64,000 bases of DNA from Halarcobacter sp. (lineage in GTDB: Bacteria; Campylobacterota; Campylobacteria; Campylobacterales; Arcobacteraceae). The notes beneath the pieces were generated by a model that ran no database searches, was not told the DNA's origin, and saw nothing but the letters and a program-made list of their open reading frames with translations. Positions 40,008 to 50,485 of the stretch are shown piece after piece (positions within the stretch are counted from its first letter, which is position 1; each line of letters begins with the position of its first letter). The DNA is taken from the NCBI GenBank assembly GCA_963676565.1, contig OY781089.1, forward strand, positions 1,920,001 to 1,984,000, read 5' to 3'. The position numbers and the translations under genes were made by a program.

Positions 40008-41330
40008 ATGGGTGTTGCAGAACATAAAAAACTACTTTCAGATATTGGTGTTGATGTTGACAGACATGCTCAAATGATGAGTATGGGATTAGAATCTTAT
40101 GAGGCACAATTTAAGTCTCAAAATAACAGACCTAAGGGTATGGAATACTTTGATTGGTTTATGAGTGAGATTCAAGGTCAAAGAATTGCAGAGATTAATA
40201 AATTAAGAGCAGAAAATAAGCCTGCAGTTGGTACATTTTGTATTTTTGTTCCTGAAGAGATTATTGTAGGTGCTGGTGGGGCATGTTTTGGATTGTGTGG
40301 TGGAAGTCCTGCTACAATTGCCGATGCTGAAACTGAACTTCCTAGAAATATTTGTCCACTAATTAAATCAGCCCATGGTTTTAAACTTCAAAGAACATGC
40401 GCATATACACAAAGTTCAGATTTTATTTATGGCGAGACAACATGTGAAGCTAAGAAAAAAACTTGGGAAATCTTAAACAAACATCATCCTGTACATGTTA
40501 TGAATATCCCACATATGAAAAGGGAAAAAGATCTTAAAATGTGGCAAGAAGAGATTGTTGAATTTAAAGAGCATATAGAAGAAGTTGCAGGGAAAAAACT
40601 AAGTTTAGAAGAGATGATTGAAGGAACAAAAATCATTAATGAAAAAAGAAAAGCAATGCAAAGACTTGATGCTTTAAGGGGAATGGACCCAGATGTTGTT
40701 CCTATCTCTGGTAAAGATGCACTTTTTATTAATCAAATGGGATTTTTAGATGACCCAAAAAGATACACTCAAAAAGTAAATGAATTGTGTGATGAATTGG
40801 AAAAAAGAGTAGAAGAAAAAAATTCTGTGTTTGAAGAAGATACTCCAAGACTTATGGTTTTAGGAACTCCTATTGCTCCACCAAACTGGAAACTTCATAC
40901 TGCTGTTGAAGGTTCAGGTGGTGCTATTATAAATGAAGAATCATGTATCGGTCACAGATATTATAAAGATAATGTTGATTTAGATAGTGTTAAGAGTGAA
41001 GAGGATTTAATGAAACAATTAATGCAAAGATATAGTGCAGTTGATTGTGCTTGCTTTACACCAAATACACCAAGAATTGATAAAATTTTAAAAATGTATG
41101 AAGATAGATGTGCTGATGGAGTTATTTATTATACTTTATCTTTCTGTCATACATATAATGTTGAATCTCATCTAGTAACAGAAGCACTTGAAGCTGCTGG
41201 AATCCCATGTTTAGTTATTGAATCAGATTATTCACCTGAAGATGCAGGTCAAATTAAAACTAGAGTTGAAGCATTTTTAGAGTCAATCTCTTTTAAGAAA
41301 AAAGCAAAAAACTTTAAAAATAAAGACTAA
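40008..41330 (+). CDS. Double-cubane-cluster reductase (DCCP; 2-hydroxyacyl-CoA dehydratase D-component family)
   Basis: GTFCIFVPEE, GLCGG, PRNICPLIKS, GETTCEAKKK, EESCIG.RY, DCACFTPN, FCHTY and TRVEAF motifs. Start placed at 40008 after AAGGA. Confidence 0.85.
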   Translation: MGVAEHKKLLSDIGVDVDRHAQMMSMGLESYEAQFKSQNNRPKGMEYFDWFMSEIQGQRIAEINKLRAENKPAVGTFCIFVPEEIIVGAGGACFGLCGGSPATIADAETELPRNICPLIKSAHGFKLQRTCAYTQSSDFIYGETTCEAKKKTWEILNKHHPVHVMNIPHMKREKDLKMWQEEIVEFKEHIEEVAGKKLSLEEMIEGTKIINEKRKAMQRLDALRGMDPDVVPISGKDALFINQMGFLDDPKRYTQKVNELCDELEKRVEEKNSVFEEDTPRLMVLGTPIAPPNWKLHTAVEGSGGAIINEESCIGHRYYKDNVDLDSVKSEEDLMKQLMQRYSAVDCACFTPNTPRIDKILKMYEDRCADGVIYYTLSFCHTYNVESHLVTEALEAAGIPCLVIESDYSPEDAGQIKTRVEAFLESISFKKKAKNFKNKD

Positions 41331-41332
41331 AT

Positions 41333-42094
41333 ATGTTTTGGGGAGTTGACGTTGGTTCCACATATACTAAAATATGTGGAATTGATGAACAAAAACAGAT
41401 TATTGATACAATAGTTATTCCAACAATTGTAAATCAAGATGAGATAGTAAAAGATTACTTAAGTAATAAAAATGTTGAGATGTTAGTTTCAACTGGATAT
41501 GGAAGGCATATGATTGAAGACACCTTTTCATGTCCAGTAATTTCAGAAATAAAAGCCCATGCCAAAGGTGCATACTATTTTGCCCAAGAATCTCAAATGG
41601 TAATTGATTTAGGTGGTCAAGATAGCAAAGTTATTATGTTAGATGGAAATGGCGGTTTTGTAGATTTTAAAATGAATGATAAATGTGCCGCTGGAACTGG
41701 AAAATTTTTAGAAATAGCTTCAAGTAGAATGGGACTTACTCTTGAAGAGTTTTCAAAAATTGGCTTTGAAGCCAATAAAGAACTAAGTATCTCAAGCATG
41801 TGTGCAGTTTTTGCAGAATCAGAAGTGATATCTTTAATTGCAAAAAAGGAGAGTGCCGCAAATATTTGTTATGCTGTTCATGATTCCATTGCCTCAAGAC
41901 TTGCCTCAATGGCAAGAAAATTTGCTATCAAAAGTGATGTAATTTTATTTACAGGAGGAGGGGCATTAAATGGTTTTTTACTTCATCTTCTATCAAAAAA
42001 ATTAGAAAAAAATGTAATTAGTGTTGGTTATCCTCAATTAACAGGGGCTATAGGTGCTGCTTTATCTGGTTTTGAAGTTTGTAAAGAACTGTAA
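41333..42094 (+). CDS. ATP-dependent electron-transfer activase (BadF/BadG/BcrA/BcrD, HgdC/DCCP-R type)
   Basis: GVDVGSTYTK, STGYGR, DLGGQDSK, MNDKCAAGTG and SMCAVFAESE motifs. Confidence 0.92.
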   Translation: MFWGVDVGSTYTKICGIDEQKQIIDTIVIPTIVNQDEIVKDYLSNKNVEMLVSTGYGRHMIEDTFSCPVISEIKAHAKGAYYFAQESQMVIDLGGQDSKVIMLDGNGGFVDFKMNDKCAAGTGKFLEIASSRMGLTLEEFSKIGFEANKELSISSMCAVFAESEVISLIAKKESAANICYAVHDSIASRLASMARKFAIKSDVILFTGGGALNGFLLHLLSKKLEKNVISVGYPQLTGAIGAALSGFEVCKEL

Positions 42095-42164
42095 GAAAAA
42101 AAGTTAATTTTGTTCATTAAATAACAAAGAATATATTAAACTAACTTAAATCATTATTTTTAAC

Positions 42165-42182
42165 GGTAAATTTTTTTTTACC
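42165..42182. promoter_or_regulatory. Palindromic operator candidate GGTAAA-N6-TTTACC
   Basis: GGTAAAttttttTTTACC. Same geometry at 51750, 59171, 59292 and 33323. Confidence 0.55.
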
Positions 42183-42235
42183 TTTAAGAAAAGATTTATA
42201 TTTAATAGTTTAGTATTACATTTAATATTTAAAAA

Positions 42236-42319
42236 AAGCATCAACCTAAGGTTTAGGTTTGGACATAATTGATATGCGTGAAATTATTATGACTACACAT
42301 GCTTCAATACACTTGGAGT
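42236..42319 (+). ncRNA. Candidate structured cis-regulatory leader RNA (copy 2) with RBS-sequestering alternative hairpin
   Basis: AAGCAT/ATGCTT outer stem, AACCTAA-GGT-TTAGGTT hairpin, TGGACATAA...TTATGACTA arm. GCTTCAA (42301-42307) can alternatively pair with TTGGAGT (42313-42319, the RBS). Confidence 0.62.
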
Positions 42320-42324
42320 AATAA

Positions 42325-43419
42325 ATGAACAGAAGAACTTTCTTAAAAAACACAACAATATTGGCTGCAACTTCTACAGTTATACCTAACTTAGTATTTG
42401 CTAATGAAAATAAAAATCCTTTTGGTATCAAAGAGGGTGTTAGAAAATTTACGATTAACAACAATTTTAAACTTGAATCATCAAAAGAAAAAGCTCAAAT
42501 CTGGATTCCAGTTCCATTAAGTTCTAATTATCAAGAATTAGTTGATATCTCTTATTCTGGAAACTATGAAAAAGCAGAAATCGTAGAAAATGAATACAAT
42601 ACAAAAGTTTTATATGCAACTTGGAAAACTGAAGAAAAAGAACCAACAATTGATGTAAAATTTGAGGTAATGACAAAACAAACTTTTGCAGATTTATCAA
42701 AAGCTAAAAATGACGAAAATTATTCAACAAAAATTAAACAATATCTTGAGCCAACAGCTCATATCCCTGTAAATGACAAACTTAAAGAGTTTACTGCACA
42801 AATTATAAAAGATGCAAAAACTCCTTTAGAAAAAGCTCAAGCTATTTATGACTGGACAGTAACTACTATGTATAGAGACAACTCAGTTATAGGATGTGGA
42901 GTTGGAGATGCAGGTAAAGCATTAGATGAAAAAATATATGGTGGAAAATGTACAGATATTAGTTCTGTGTTTGTTTGTTTATTAAGAAATGCAAATATCC
43001 CATCAAGAGAAGTATTTGGTATTAGAGCTGGTAAATCAAAAATCTCAAAAGTTTGTGGTAAAGCAGACGAAAAAGGTTTTGCAAATATTACTGGTGGACA
43101 ACATTGTAGAGCAGAGTTTTATGTAAGTGGTCTAGGTTGGGTTCCAGCAGATCCAGCAGATGTTACAAAAGTAAGACTTGGTGAAAAATTAACAAATGAA
43201 TCTCAAAAAACAATTGATACAAAAAACTTTATGTTTGGAAATTGGGAAATGAATTGGGTTGCATTTAACTATGCTAGAGATTTTGTTTTAAATCCAAAAC
43301 CAACTCAATATCCTTTAAATATGTTAGGGTATCCGTATGCTGAAATAGGTGAAGATGCACAAAACTACTATGATGCAAAAACTTTTGCATATAGTTATAC
43401 TTCTCAAGAGAGAGTATGA
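42325..43419 (+). CDS. Tat-exported transglutaminase-like protein
   Basis: MNRRTFLK Tat signal. Catalytic Cys-His-Asp in GGKCTD, HCRAEF and WVPADP. Confidence 0.88.
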   Translation: MNRRTFLKNTTILAATSTVIPNLVFANENKNPFGIKEGVRKFTINNNFKLESSKEKAQIWIPVPLSSNYQELVDISYSGNYEKAEIVENEYNTKVLYATWKTEEKEPTIDVKFEVMTKQTFADLSKAKNDENYSTKIKQYLEPTAHIPVNDKLKEFTAQIIKDAKTPLEKAQAIYDWTVTTMYRDNSVIGCGVGDAGKALDEKIYGGKCTDISSVFVCLLRNANIPSREVFGIRAGKSKISKVCGKADEKGFANITGGQHCRAEFYVSGLGWVPADPADVTKVRLGEKLTNESQKTIDTKNFMFGNWEMNWVAFNYARDFVLNPKPTQYPLNMLGYPYAEIGEDAQNYYDAKTFAYSYTSQERV

Positions 43420-43745
43420 AAAAAAAGGTAAATTTACCTATTATTGGTGCGGTTTTTACCGCACTATTATCAACACTATGTTGTTTACCAGCATTTTTAT
43501 TTATTTTCTTTGGTATTTCAGGTGGAGTTTTAACTTATTTTACAACACTTGAATATATAAGAATCCCAATGGCTGTTTTAACGGTTGTTTTATTTATCTA
43601 TGGAATTAGAAAGCTAAATAAAAAAATAAAATGTGAATGTACAAAGGCTGAAAAACTTAAAAATTATAGTTTTGTAATATTGTCATTTCTTTTAGTTTTA
43701 TCTATACTTTTATATCCTGAGATAATTCCAATGTTTATGGAGTAG
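43416..43745 (+). CDS. MerT-like small metal transporter
   Basis: STLCC.P in TM1, three TM helices, CEC in the loop. Confidence 0.75.
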   Translation: MKKKVNLPIIGAVFTALLSTLCCLPAFLFIFFGISGGVLTYFTTLEYIRIPMAVLTVVLFIYGIRKLNKKIKCECTKAEKLKNYSFVILSFLLVLSILLYPEIIPMFME

Positions 43746-43748
43746 TAT

Positions 43749-44030
43749 ATGAAATATTTATTAGTATTAGTTCTTTTCATAAGTTCTATTTTTGCACAAC
43801 AAACTTCAGTTTTTGAAGTTAAAGGTATGCATTGTCCTTTATGTACAACAGCCGTTAAAAAAGCTATTAGAAAACTTGATGGTGTAGAAAAAGTAAGCGC
43901 CCGATTAAACACAAAAAGAGTAACTGTTATACATGATGAAAAAGTTACAATTGACTCAATTTTAAAGGCAATAAAAACTACATCTTATGAAGGTGTAGAA
44001 ATCTCTACAGAAAAAGCTATATCAAAATAA
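43749..44030 (+). CDS. Periplasmic heavy-metal-associated (MerP/CopZ-like) protein
   Basis: Signal peptide and GMHCPLC metal-binding motif. Confidence 0.85.
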   Translation: MKYLLVLVLFISSIFAQQTSVFEVKGMHCPLCTTAVKKAIRKLDGVEKVSARLNTKRVTVIHDEKVTIDSILKAIKTTSYEGVEISTEKAISK

Positions 44031-44173
44031 TAAACTAGTAAATATTTTATTTTCAATAATTGGGAAATAATTTTTTACTTTTTAAACTTCCTTTTAAAAT
44101 AATTTTTATAATATAATTAAATTTATTTATTAAAAATTTAATTTAAATAAATATTCACTTTCAAGGAGAAAAT

Positions 44174-46267
44174 ATGTATGGATTATGGCAGAAGCTTTTT
44201 GGTAATCTCAAAGTTTTTAAAAAAATGTTGTTGGTGTCAATTATATCGTTAATCTCGATGCTTATTTTAACTTGTATCCTTTTGTTAGGACAAGAAGAAA
44301 TGATGGTTCAAGAGAAAAAAACTCAGTTAGTTAATGTAATTGACCTATCCTACAGTTTCGTTGAAAAAGAATATAAAAGATTTAAAGCTGGCGAAATTAC
44401 AGAAGAAGAAGCTAAAAATAATGTAATTGAAGCATATAAAAGTTTAAGATATCAAGGTAATAATTATATTTGGATAAATGATAATAATATAGATTCAGTA
44501 AAAATGATTATGCATCCAATAGATTCAGATTTAGCTGGTAAAGTTATGGATGCTAAAGTTTATAATGCTGCTACAGCAATTGATTTTGGAAAAGATTCAA
44601 AATCAAGTAAAAAATTAGCAAATACTAATATGTTTAAAGCCTTTGTAGAAGCTACACAAGATAATGGTTCAGGTTTTGTTCATTATTCAAGAGTTGATGA
44701 AAAAACAAATAAATTACAAAAAAAGCTTTCTTATGTAAAAGAGTTTGCTCCATGGGGATGGGTTTTTGGTTCTGGGATTTATATTGATGATATAGATGAA
44801 GAGTTTATGCATTCTGCGCAAAAAGCAGCCTTAGTTGTTTTAATCATACTTGCTATTTTGTCTTTTAATTTTAGTATGATTACTAAAGAGATTGTATTTA
44901 AAGTGACAACTATAAATGAAGGTTTAGAAAACTTTTTTGCATATTTAAATAGAGAAACAAATGATGTAGAGATTAAACAAATTATTTGTAGAGATGAGTT
45001 TGGTGCTATGTCAGATTTAATTAATACAAATATTGAAAAAGCTAAAAAAGGTATTCAAGAAGATAGAGAATTAATTGATGAAACAATAACTGTCCTTGGT
45101 GAATTTGAACAAGGTGATTTATGTCAAAGGGTTAATATAAATGTTTCAAATCCAGCAATGCAACAGTTAAAAGAAGTATTAAATAATATGGCTGAACACT
45201 TAGAACATAATATTGATACTGTTTTAGATGTTTTAGAAAAATATTCTAACTTTAATTACCTTGACAAAGTTAATACAAATGGTATTCAAAAAGATTTATT
45301 AAAACTTGCAAATGGAGTTAACACTTTAGGTGATTCAATTACAGCTATGTTAGTTGCAAGTAAAAGAGATGGTTTAAAACTAGATGATAGTTCAGCTTTA
45401 TTATTAGAAAATGTAGAATCTTTAAATAATAATGCCAATGAAGCAGCCTCTTCATTAGAAGAAACAGCAGCATCATTAGAACAGATGACGGGAAATCTTA
45501 GAAGTAATACACAAAATATTGATGAGATGGCTCAAATCTCACAAAAAGTTACTAAATCTGCAAAAGATGGGGAAATTCTAGCAACTCAAACAACAACTGC
45601 AATGGAAGAGATTGATACGCAAGTAAACTTAATCAATGAGTCAATTACTGTAATTGATCAAATTGCATTCCAAACAAATATTCTTTCACTAAACGCAGCT
45701 GTAGAAGCTGCAACAGCAGGTGAAGCAGGGAAAGGTTTTGCAGTAGTTGCACAAGAGGTTAGAAATCTTGCGAATAGGTCTGCAGAGGCTGCAAAAGAGA
45801 TAAAAAATTTAGTTGAAAGTGCAACAAGTAAGGCAAATGAAGGTAAAGAGATTGCTACAAATATGATTAATGGTTATGTGGCATTAAATGAAAATATTAA
45901 TCAAACTATTACTTTAATTAATAATGTTGAAATGTCTAGTAAAGAGCAATTAACAGGAATAGAACAAATCAATCAAGCAGTTGCACAATTAGATACACAA
46001 ACACAAATGAATGCACAAGTTGCTTCTCAAACACAAGAAATAGCCTTAGCAACAGATAAAATTGCAAAAATGGTTGTTGATAGTGCTGATGAGAAAGAGT
46101 TTGTAGGAAAAGAAAAATTAAAAAGAAGAGATAGAACATTACGGAAAACTTACACAGGTGTAGAAAGAAGAGAGCTAGAAAAAATTATTAAACCTTCTCT
46201 TTCAGTAAAAAATGAGAGTATAAAAGCTAAAATTGAAGAAAAAGATGATGAGTGGGAAAGCTTTTAA
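44174..46267 (+). CDS. Methyl-accepting chemotaxis protein with Cache domain
   Basis: TM-sCache-TM architecture, [37 protein letters not shown], terminal EWESF pentapeptide. Confidence 0.95.
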   Translation: MYGLWQKLFGNLKVFKKMLLVSIISLISMLILTCILLLGQEEMMVQEKKTQLVNVIDLSYSFVEKEYKRFKAGEITEEEAKNNVIEAYKSLRYQGNNYIWINDNNIDSVKMIMHPIDSDLAGKVMDAKVYNAATAIDFGKDSKSSKKLANTNMFKAFVEATQDNGSGFVHYSRVDEKTNKLQKKLSYVKEFAPWGWVFGSGIYIDDIDEEFMHSAQKAALVVLIILAILSFNFSMITKEIVFKVTTINEGLENFFAYLNRETNDVEIKQIICRDEFGAMSDLINTNIEKAKKGIQEDRELIDETITVLGEFEQGDLCQRVNINVSNPAMQQLKEVLNNMAEHLEHNIDTVLDVLEKYSNFNYLDKVNTNGIQKDLLKLANGVNTLGDSITAMLVASKRDGLKLDDSSALLLENVESLNNNANEAASSLEETAASLEQMTGNLRSNTQNIDEMAQISQKVTKSAKDGEILATQTTTAMEEIDTQVNLINESITVIDQIAFQTNILSLNAAVEAATAGEAGKGFAVVAQEVRNLANRSAEAAKEIKNLVESATSKANEGKEIATNMINGYVALNENINQTITLINNVEMSSKEQLTGIEQINQAVAQLDTQTQMNAQVASQTQEIALATDKIAKMVVDSADEKEFVGKEKLKRRDRTLRKTYTGVERRELEKIIKPSLSVKNESIKAKIEEKDDEWESF

Positions 46268-46276
46268 AGGTTTTAT

Positions 46277-47710
46277 TTGAATTCAAAATATAAAGTTATT
46301 ATAGTTATTACAAGTTTATTAATAGTTTTATCAATAAGTATATCTTTTATAAATTATGTAGTATCTTTAAATAGTGCTCAAAAGCAATTAAAAGATCAAT
46401 CTCTTCCTTTATCTTTGGATAATATTTACTCTGATATTCAGAAAAATATTATCCAACCTTATTTGGTTTCTTCAATGATGGCAAATGACACTTTTGTTCA
46501 TGATTGGTTATTAAATGAAGAATCAAATGAAAAGAAAATCATCAAGTACCTTGAAGCTATTAAAAACAAATATAATATGTTTAATACCTTTTTGGTTTCT
46601 AATGAAACAAAAAACTATTATACTCCCCATGGAGTTGTTGAAAAAATTAAAAAAGATAATCCAGCAAATAAGTGGTATTTTGACTTTTATAGTTCTCAAG
46701 GTAAACATGAAATAAATTTAGATTTTAATGAACACATGTCAAACAATATGATTATGTTTATTAATTATAAAATTTTTGATAGTGACTTTCACTTTATTGG
46801 TGCAACAGGTGTTGCTATTAAAATATCTTATATTGATGAATTACTTGAGACTTTTAGGACTAAATATAATTTTCAAGTAACATTTTTTAATAAAAATGGA
46901 AAAGTGGTTTTATCTGAAAGAAAATTTTATAAATATAAAACTATAAAAGAAGATGAAACACTTAAAAAATTTGAAAATGTAATAATCTCTAAAAAAAGTA
47001 ATATTATTGAATATGAGCATAATGATTCAAACTATATTATAAATACAAAGTATATACCTGAGCTTGACCTATATTTAACAGTAAAAGCAAATTTAGATGA
47101 TTTTACTGAAGATGTAAAAAATATTTTTTATTTTAATCTGATTATATCTATTTTTATCACCTTTGCAATCTCTTTCATTGTTTTTTATATTATTAAAAAT
47201 TACAGTAGAAAATTAGAGTATTTATCTCAATATGATTCTTTAACTGATCTTTCAAATAGAAGGGATTTTGAAGAGAAATTAAATAGAGAAATTGATTTAT
47301 ACAAAAGAAAACCCCAAAATATATCTTTTGTATTTTTAGATATTGACAATTTTAAATCAATAAATGATAATTATGGTCATGCAAAAGGGGATTTAGTTTT
47401 AAAAGAGATTGCAAATATTTTAAAAAGAAATATTAGAAAAACAGATATAGTTGGTAGATGGGGTGGTGAAGAGTTTGTTATTGCTTTTATTGGTTCATCT
47501 TTAGAAAATACTATGTCAGTTTGTGAAAATATTAGAAAAGAGATTGAATCAAATATAAAAATAAAAAAATTAGTAAGTCTTAATGTAACTGCAAGTTTTG
47601 GTATAACATTATTAAAACAAACAGATAATGTTGATACAATTACTTCAAGGGCAGATGAAGCAATGTATCAATCAAAAAATAATGGAAAGAACCAAATAAA
47701 TAGTTTATAA
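46277..47710 (+). CDS. Membrane sensor diguanylate cyclase
   Basis: Two TM helices flanking a Cache-like domain, DSLT..SNRR, DIDNFK.IND.YGH and RWGGEEF. Confidence 0.92.
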   Translation: MNSKYKVIIVITSLLIVLSISISFINYVVSLNSAQKQLKDQSLPLSLDNIYSDIQKNIIQPYLVSSMMANDTFVHDWLLNEESNEKKIIKYLEAIKNKYNMFNTFLVSNETKNYYTPHGVVEKIKKDNPANKWYFDFYSSQGKHEINLDFNEHMSNNMIMFINYKIFDSDFHFIGATGVAIKISYIDELLETFRTKYNFQVTFFNKNGKVVLSERKFYKYKTIKEDETLKKFENVIISKKSNIIEYEHNDSNYIINTKYIPELDLYLTVKANLDDFTEDVKNIFYFNLIISIFITFAISFIVFYIIKNYSRKLEYLSQYDSLTDLSNRRDFEEKLNREIDLYKRKPQNISFVFLDIDNFKSINDNYGHAKGDLVLKEIANILKRNIRKTDIVGRWGGEEFVIAFIGSSLENTMSVCENIRKEIESNIKIKKLVSLNVTASFGITLLKQTDNVDTITSRADEAMYQSKNNGKNQINSL

Positions 47711-47715
47711 GAAAT

Positions 47716-48210
47716 TTAGATGATTATTTCATCTAAATTTTTATTTCTTACATCATCAATTTGAAAACAAGCATTTGCTATTTTTCTTGCTGTATCATCT
47801 TTGTACTTTTCTACAATAGCTTTAATACATTTTAGTTCATCTTTATCAAACATAGAAGGATCAAAATCCTCTTCCATTTTTAAAAAGTTTAGTTCAATAA
47901 ATTTTTCTTTTGTAAGAATTTCAATATCAATAAAGTCAAGCATATCTGTAATAAAATAAAGTCTTTCGTCATCCTCTTCTAAATCTTCACCATTTGCAAT
48001 AATATCAAAGAGTTCAGCTAAAACAAGAGCTTCTGGGTTTCTTTTTTGTTTTATATATTTATCACCAAAGATTTTTTTACCTGTAGTTTTAAAAAAGTCA
48101 TAATCGATTAAAAATAGTAAAATTAGTAATTTTCTATCATTTAAATGTTTTACATCTTCATCAATCATGTAAATTATTGCATTTGCAACTTTTGTTATAT
48201 CAATATTCAA
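47716..48210 (-). CDS. Panacea/SocA-like (DUF4065) domain protein
   Basis: K..NAIIY...L..RKL..LLFLID.......GK.I.GD.Y pattern. TTG start 9 bp after the response regulator. Confidence 0.6.
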   Translation of the reverse strand: MNIDITKVANAIIYMIDEDVKHLNDRKLLILLFLIDYDFFKTTGKKIFGDKYIKQKRNPEALVLAELFDIIANGEDLEEDDERLYFITDMLDFIDIEILTKEKFIELNFLKMEEDFDPSMFDKDELKCIKAIVEKYKDDTARKIANACFQIDDVRNKNLDEIII

Positions 48211-48219
48211 AATATTCCT

Positions 48220-48900
48220 TTAAATTAAATCTAATGATTCTTCATTAAATTTGTATGTTTTATGGGCAACCTTTGTTAAAATCTTTTTTTCTGCCAATTC
48301 TTTAAAAAGCTTAATCAACGTAGGTTTAGAAATTGAGATTTTATCCATAATATCTGAATATGAGGTTACAAGCTCATTGTTACTGTCTAAATTTGAAATA
48401 ACATATTTTATAATTTCAACTTGCTTACTATCTGTAACTGCTGATATTGTTTTTATTACATTAATATTTTTTTGCATCTCATGGGATTGAACAATTGGAA
48501 ATAAAATATCATGCAAGGTATTTAGTAATTCTTTTATATTTATCGGTTTTACAATATAGTTTTCAACTTTTAGTTTTATAGCATCTAAAAGATATTTTGT
48601 ATCTGTATGGGCCGTTGTTAAGATAGTTGGTATATTTATATCTTTTTGTTTTATATCCCTTAAAAAGTCAATTCCATTTTCATTTTCTAATAAAATATCT
48701 GAAATTATAACATCAACTTTTTTATTTTCTAAAACTTCATGTGCTTCTTCTGATGTATTTACAGCATAAACATTTGCAACAAAATCATCTAAAATATCTT
48801 TAGTATGAGTTAGAAGAGATTTGTCATCTTCTAAATACAATATATTAAAGGTTGACAAGATATTAAGGTTTCGCTCTATAGTCATCACTTTGTCCTTCAT
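48220..48900 (-). CDS. Response regulator (REC plus C-terminal winged HTH)
   Basis: ILYLEDD, ISDIL, TAH and YIVKP motifs. C-terminal ISKPTLIKLFKEL HTH. The start may be 48885. Confidence 0.88.
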   Translation of the reverse strand: MKDKVMTIERNLNILSTFNILYLEDDKSLLTHTKDILDDFVANVYAVNTSEEAHEVLENKKVDVIISDILLENENGIDFLRDIKQKDINIPTILTTAHTDTKYLLDAIKLKVENYIVKPINIKELLNTLHDILFPIVQSHEMQKNINVIKTISAVTDSKQVEIIKYVISNLDSNNELVTSYSDIMDKISISKPTLIKLFKELAEKKILTKVAHKTYKFNEESLDLI

Positions 48901-50485
48901 TTTTATTATCTAATGGAATATCCACAATAAAAAGTGCTCCATATTCTAGTTTCTCACTATTTATTTTATTGTAAACATTCTTACACTTTATATTACCATT
49001 CATATGTTTTTCAATAATTTGTTTAGACATATAAAGCCCAATTCCAGTTCCTGCACTTTTATATTTGGTTGTAAAGTATGGTTCAAAGATATGTGGAAGT
49101 ATTTTTTCATCTACTCCACCAGCATTATCATATGTAAGAATTCTTGCTTTTTGTCTATACTCTTTAACAACAATCTTAATAGCTTTTTCCTTATCAAGAT
49201 TTTTTAAAGCATCTTTTGAGTTTGAAATCATATTTAAAACTACATGGGATAATTCATTATAGTATCCATAAATATTTAAGTCATTCATGATGATAATATT
49301 TAATTTAATATTCTCTTTTTCAAGTATATATTTAGATAAATCCGCTGCATGTAAAACACAATCTTTTACTGAAAACTTAACTTTATCTTTATTTGGACTA
49401 AAGAAATTTTGAAAGTCATCTAAGGTGTTTGACATATTTTCTGCAAGAAGTACAGCATCTTTAGTCTTTTGTTCAACAAATTCAAATGATAGCTTTCCAA
49501 ATTCCATTTTTGTCTGAAATGATTGGATAATCATCATTAGTGAACCTAAAGGTTGTCTCCATTGGTGGGCAATATTTCCTAGCATTTCACCTAAACTTGC
49601 AAGTTTTGATTGCTGGAACATAATTAAGTCTTTTTTCCTTGAGTTTGCAACTTCTTTTTTTATTTTTATTTCAAGATAATCATTAAGTTCTTGTAACTCT
49701 TTTGTCTTTTCATTTACTGCATCTTCAAGGTTAAAGTGTAATTTTCTAAAGTTATTGATTAATAAAACTGATAAAATAATTGAAAATAAAAATACAAAAA
49801 TAATAGAATAGATTAAAATAGTAGTTAATAGATTAAAGGTTTTTTGAGTCTCTCTTTTTTCTGTTACTGCTAGATTTAAATCATAGTTTGTAAGGTTTGT
49901 AATATATACATTTACTGAATTTATCTCAAAGTAAAGTTTATCAATAAAAAATATAGCCTCAACAAAGTTGCCCCTTTGAAGAAGTTGAACTATTCTATTA
50001 ATATCTTTATGCAAATCTGAGATTTTTTCATTTATATTAAAAATCAAATTACTTTGTAAAATTTTTTCATTGTCATCTTCTTTGTTTATCTCAAAAAAAT
50101 CATTAATAAAATTAGTAATAAAAGATTTCTCATATTTTTTGTCAATAGTTGCTTTTTTATAGTTGTTCCAACTTTTGTTAATAAGTTGTTGCGCTAATGA
50201 GATAATATCTTTTGCTTGATAAATGGTGATATTTTTTTGTTGAATTTCATAAAATGTATCATAAATATTGATTTTATAGATATCTTTAATATTTTCTAAT
50301 TCAATTATTGGCTTTGTTCTTTTTTCAAATAGGGTATCAAAATCACTTTTCATTGAGTAAACTGATATTTGTGATAAAGCAATAATAGATATCATACCAC
50401 CTGTTATAATAAACAGTAAAATAGAACTTTTATATCTAAATGACAAATTCTCATAATAATGTAGTGTTTTTTTAATCATCTTCAT
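48863..50485 (-). CDS. Sensor histidine kinase with four-helix periplasmic domain
   Basis: Two TM helices, IAHQWRQPL, NSKDA, DNAGGV and GTGIGLY motifs. Confidence 0.92.
   Translation of the reverse strand: MKMIKKTLHYYENLSFRYKSSILLFIITGGMISIIALSQISVYSMKSDFDTLFEKRTKPIIELENIKDIYKINIYDTFYEIQQKNITIYQAKDIISLAQQLINKSWNNYKKATIDKKYEKSFITNFINDFFEINKEDDNEKILQSNLIFNINEKISDLHKDINRIVQLLQRGNFVEAIFFIDKLYFEINSVNVYITNLTNYDLNLAVTEKRETQKTFNLLTTILIYSIIFVFLFSIILSVLLINNFRKLHFNLEDAVNEKTKELQELNDYLEIKIKKEVANSRKKDLIMFQQSKLASLGEMLGNIAHQWRQPLGSLMMIIQSFQTKMEFGKLSFEFVEQKTKDAVLLAENMSNTLDDFQNFFSPNKDKVKFSVKDCVLHAADLSKYILEKENIKLNIIIMNDLNIYGYYNELSHVVLNMISNSKDALKNLDKEKAIKIVVKEYRQKARILTYDNAGGVDEKILPHIFEPYFTTKYKSAGTGIGLYMSKQIIEKHMNGNIKCKNVYNKINSEKLEYGALFIVDIPLDNKNEGQSDDYRAKP

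Noticed and set aside
42246..42464. 72-aa minus-strand ORF over the leader motif
   Set aside because: Antisense to the transglutaminase gene, with no recognisable features.
43416..44030. Mercury resistance operon
   Set aside because: merT/merP-like genes only, with no merA or merR in the window.
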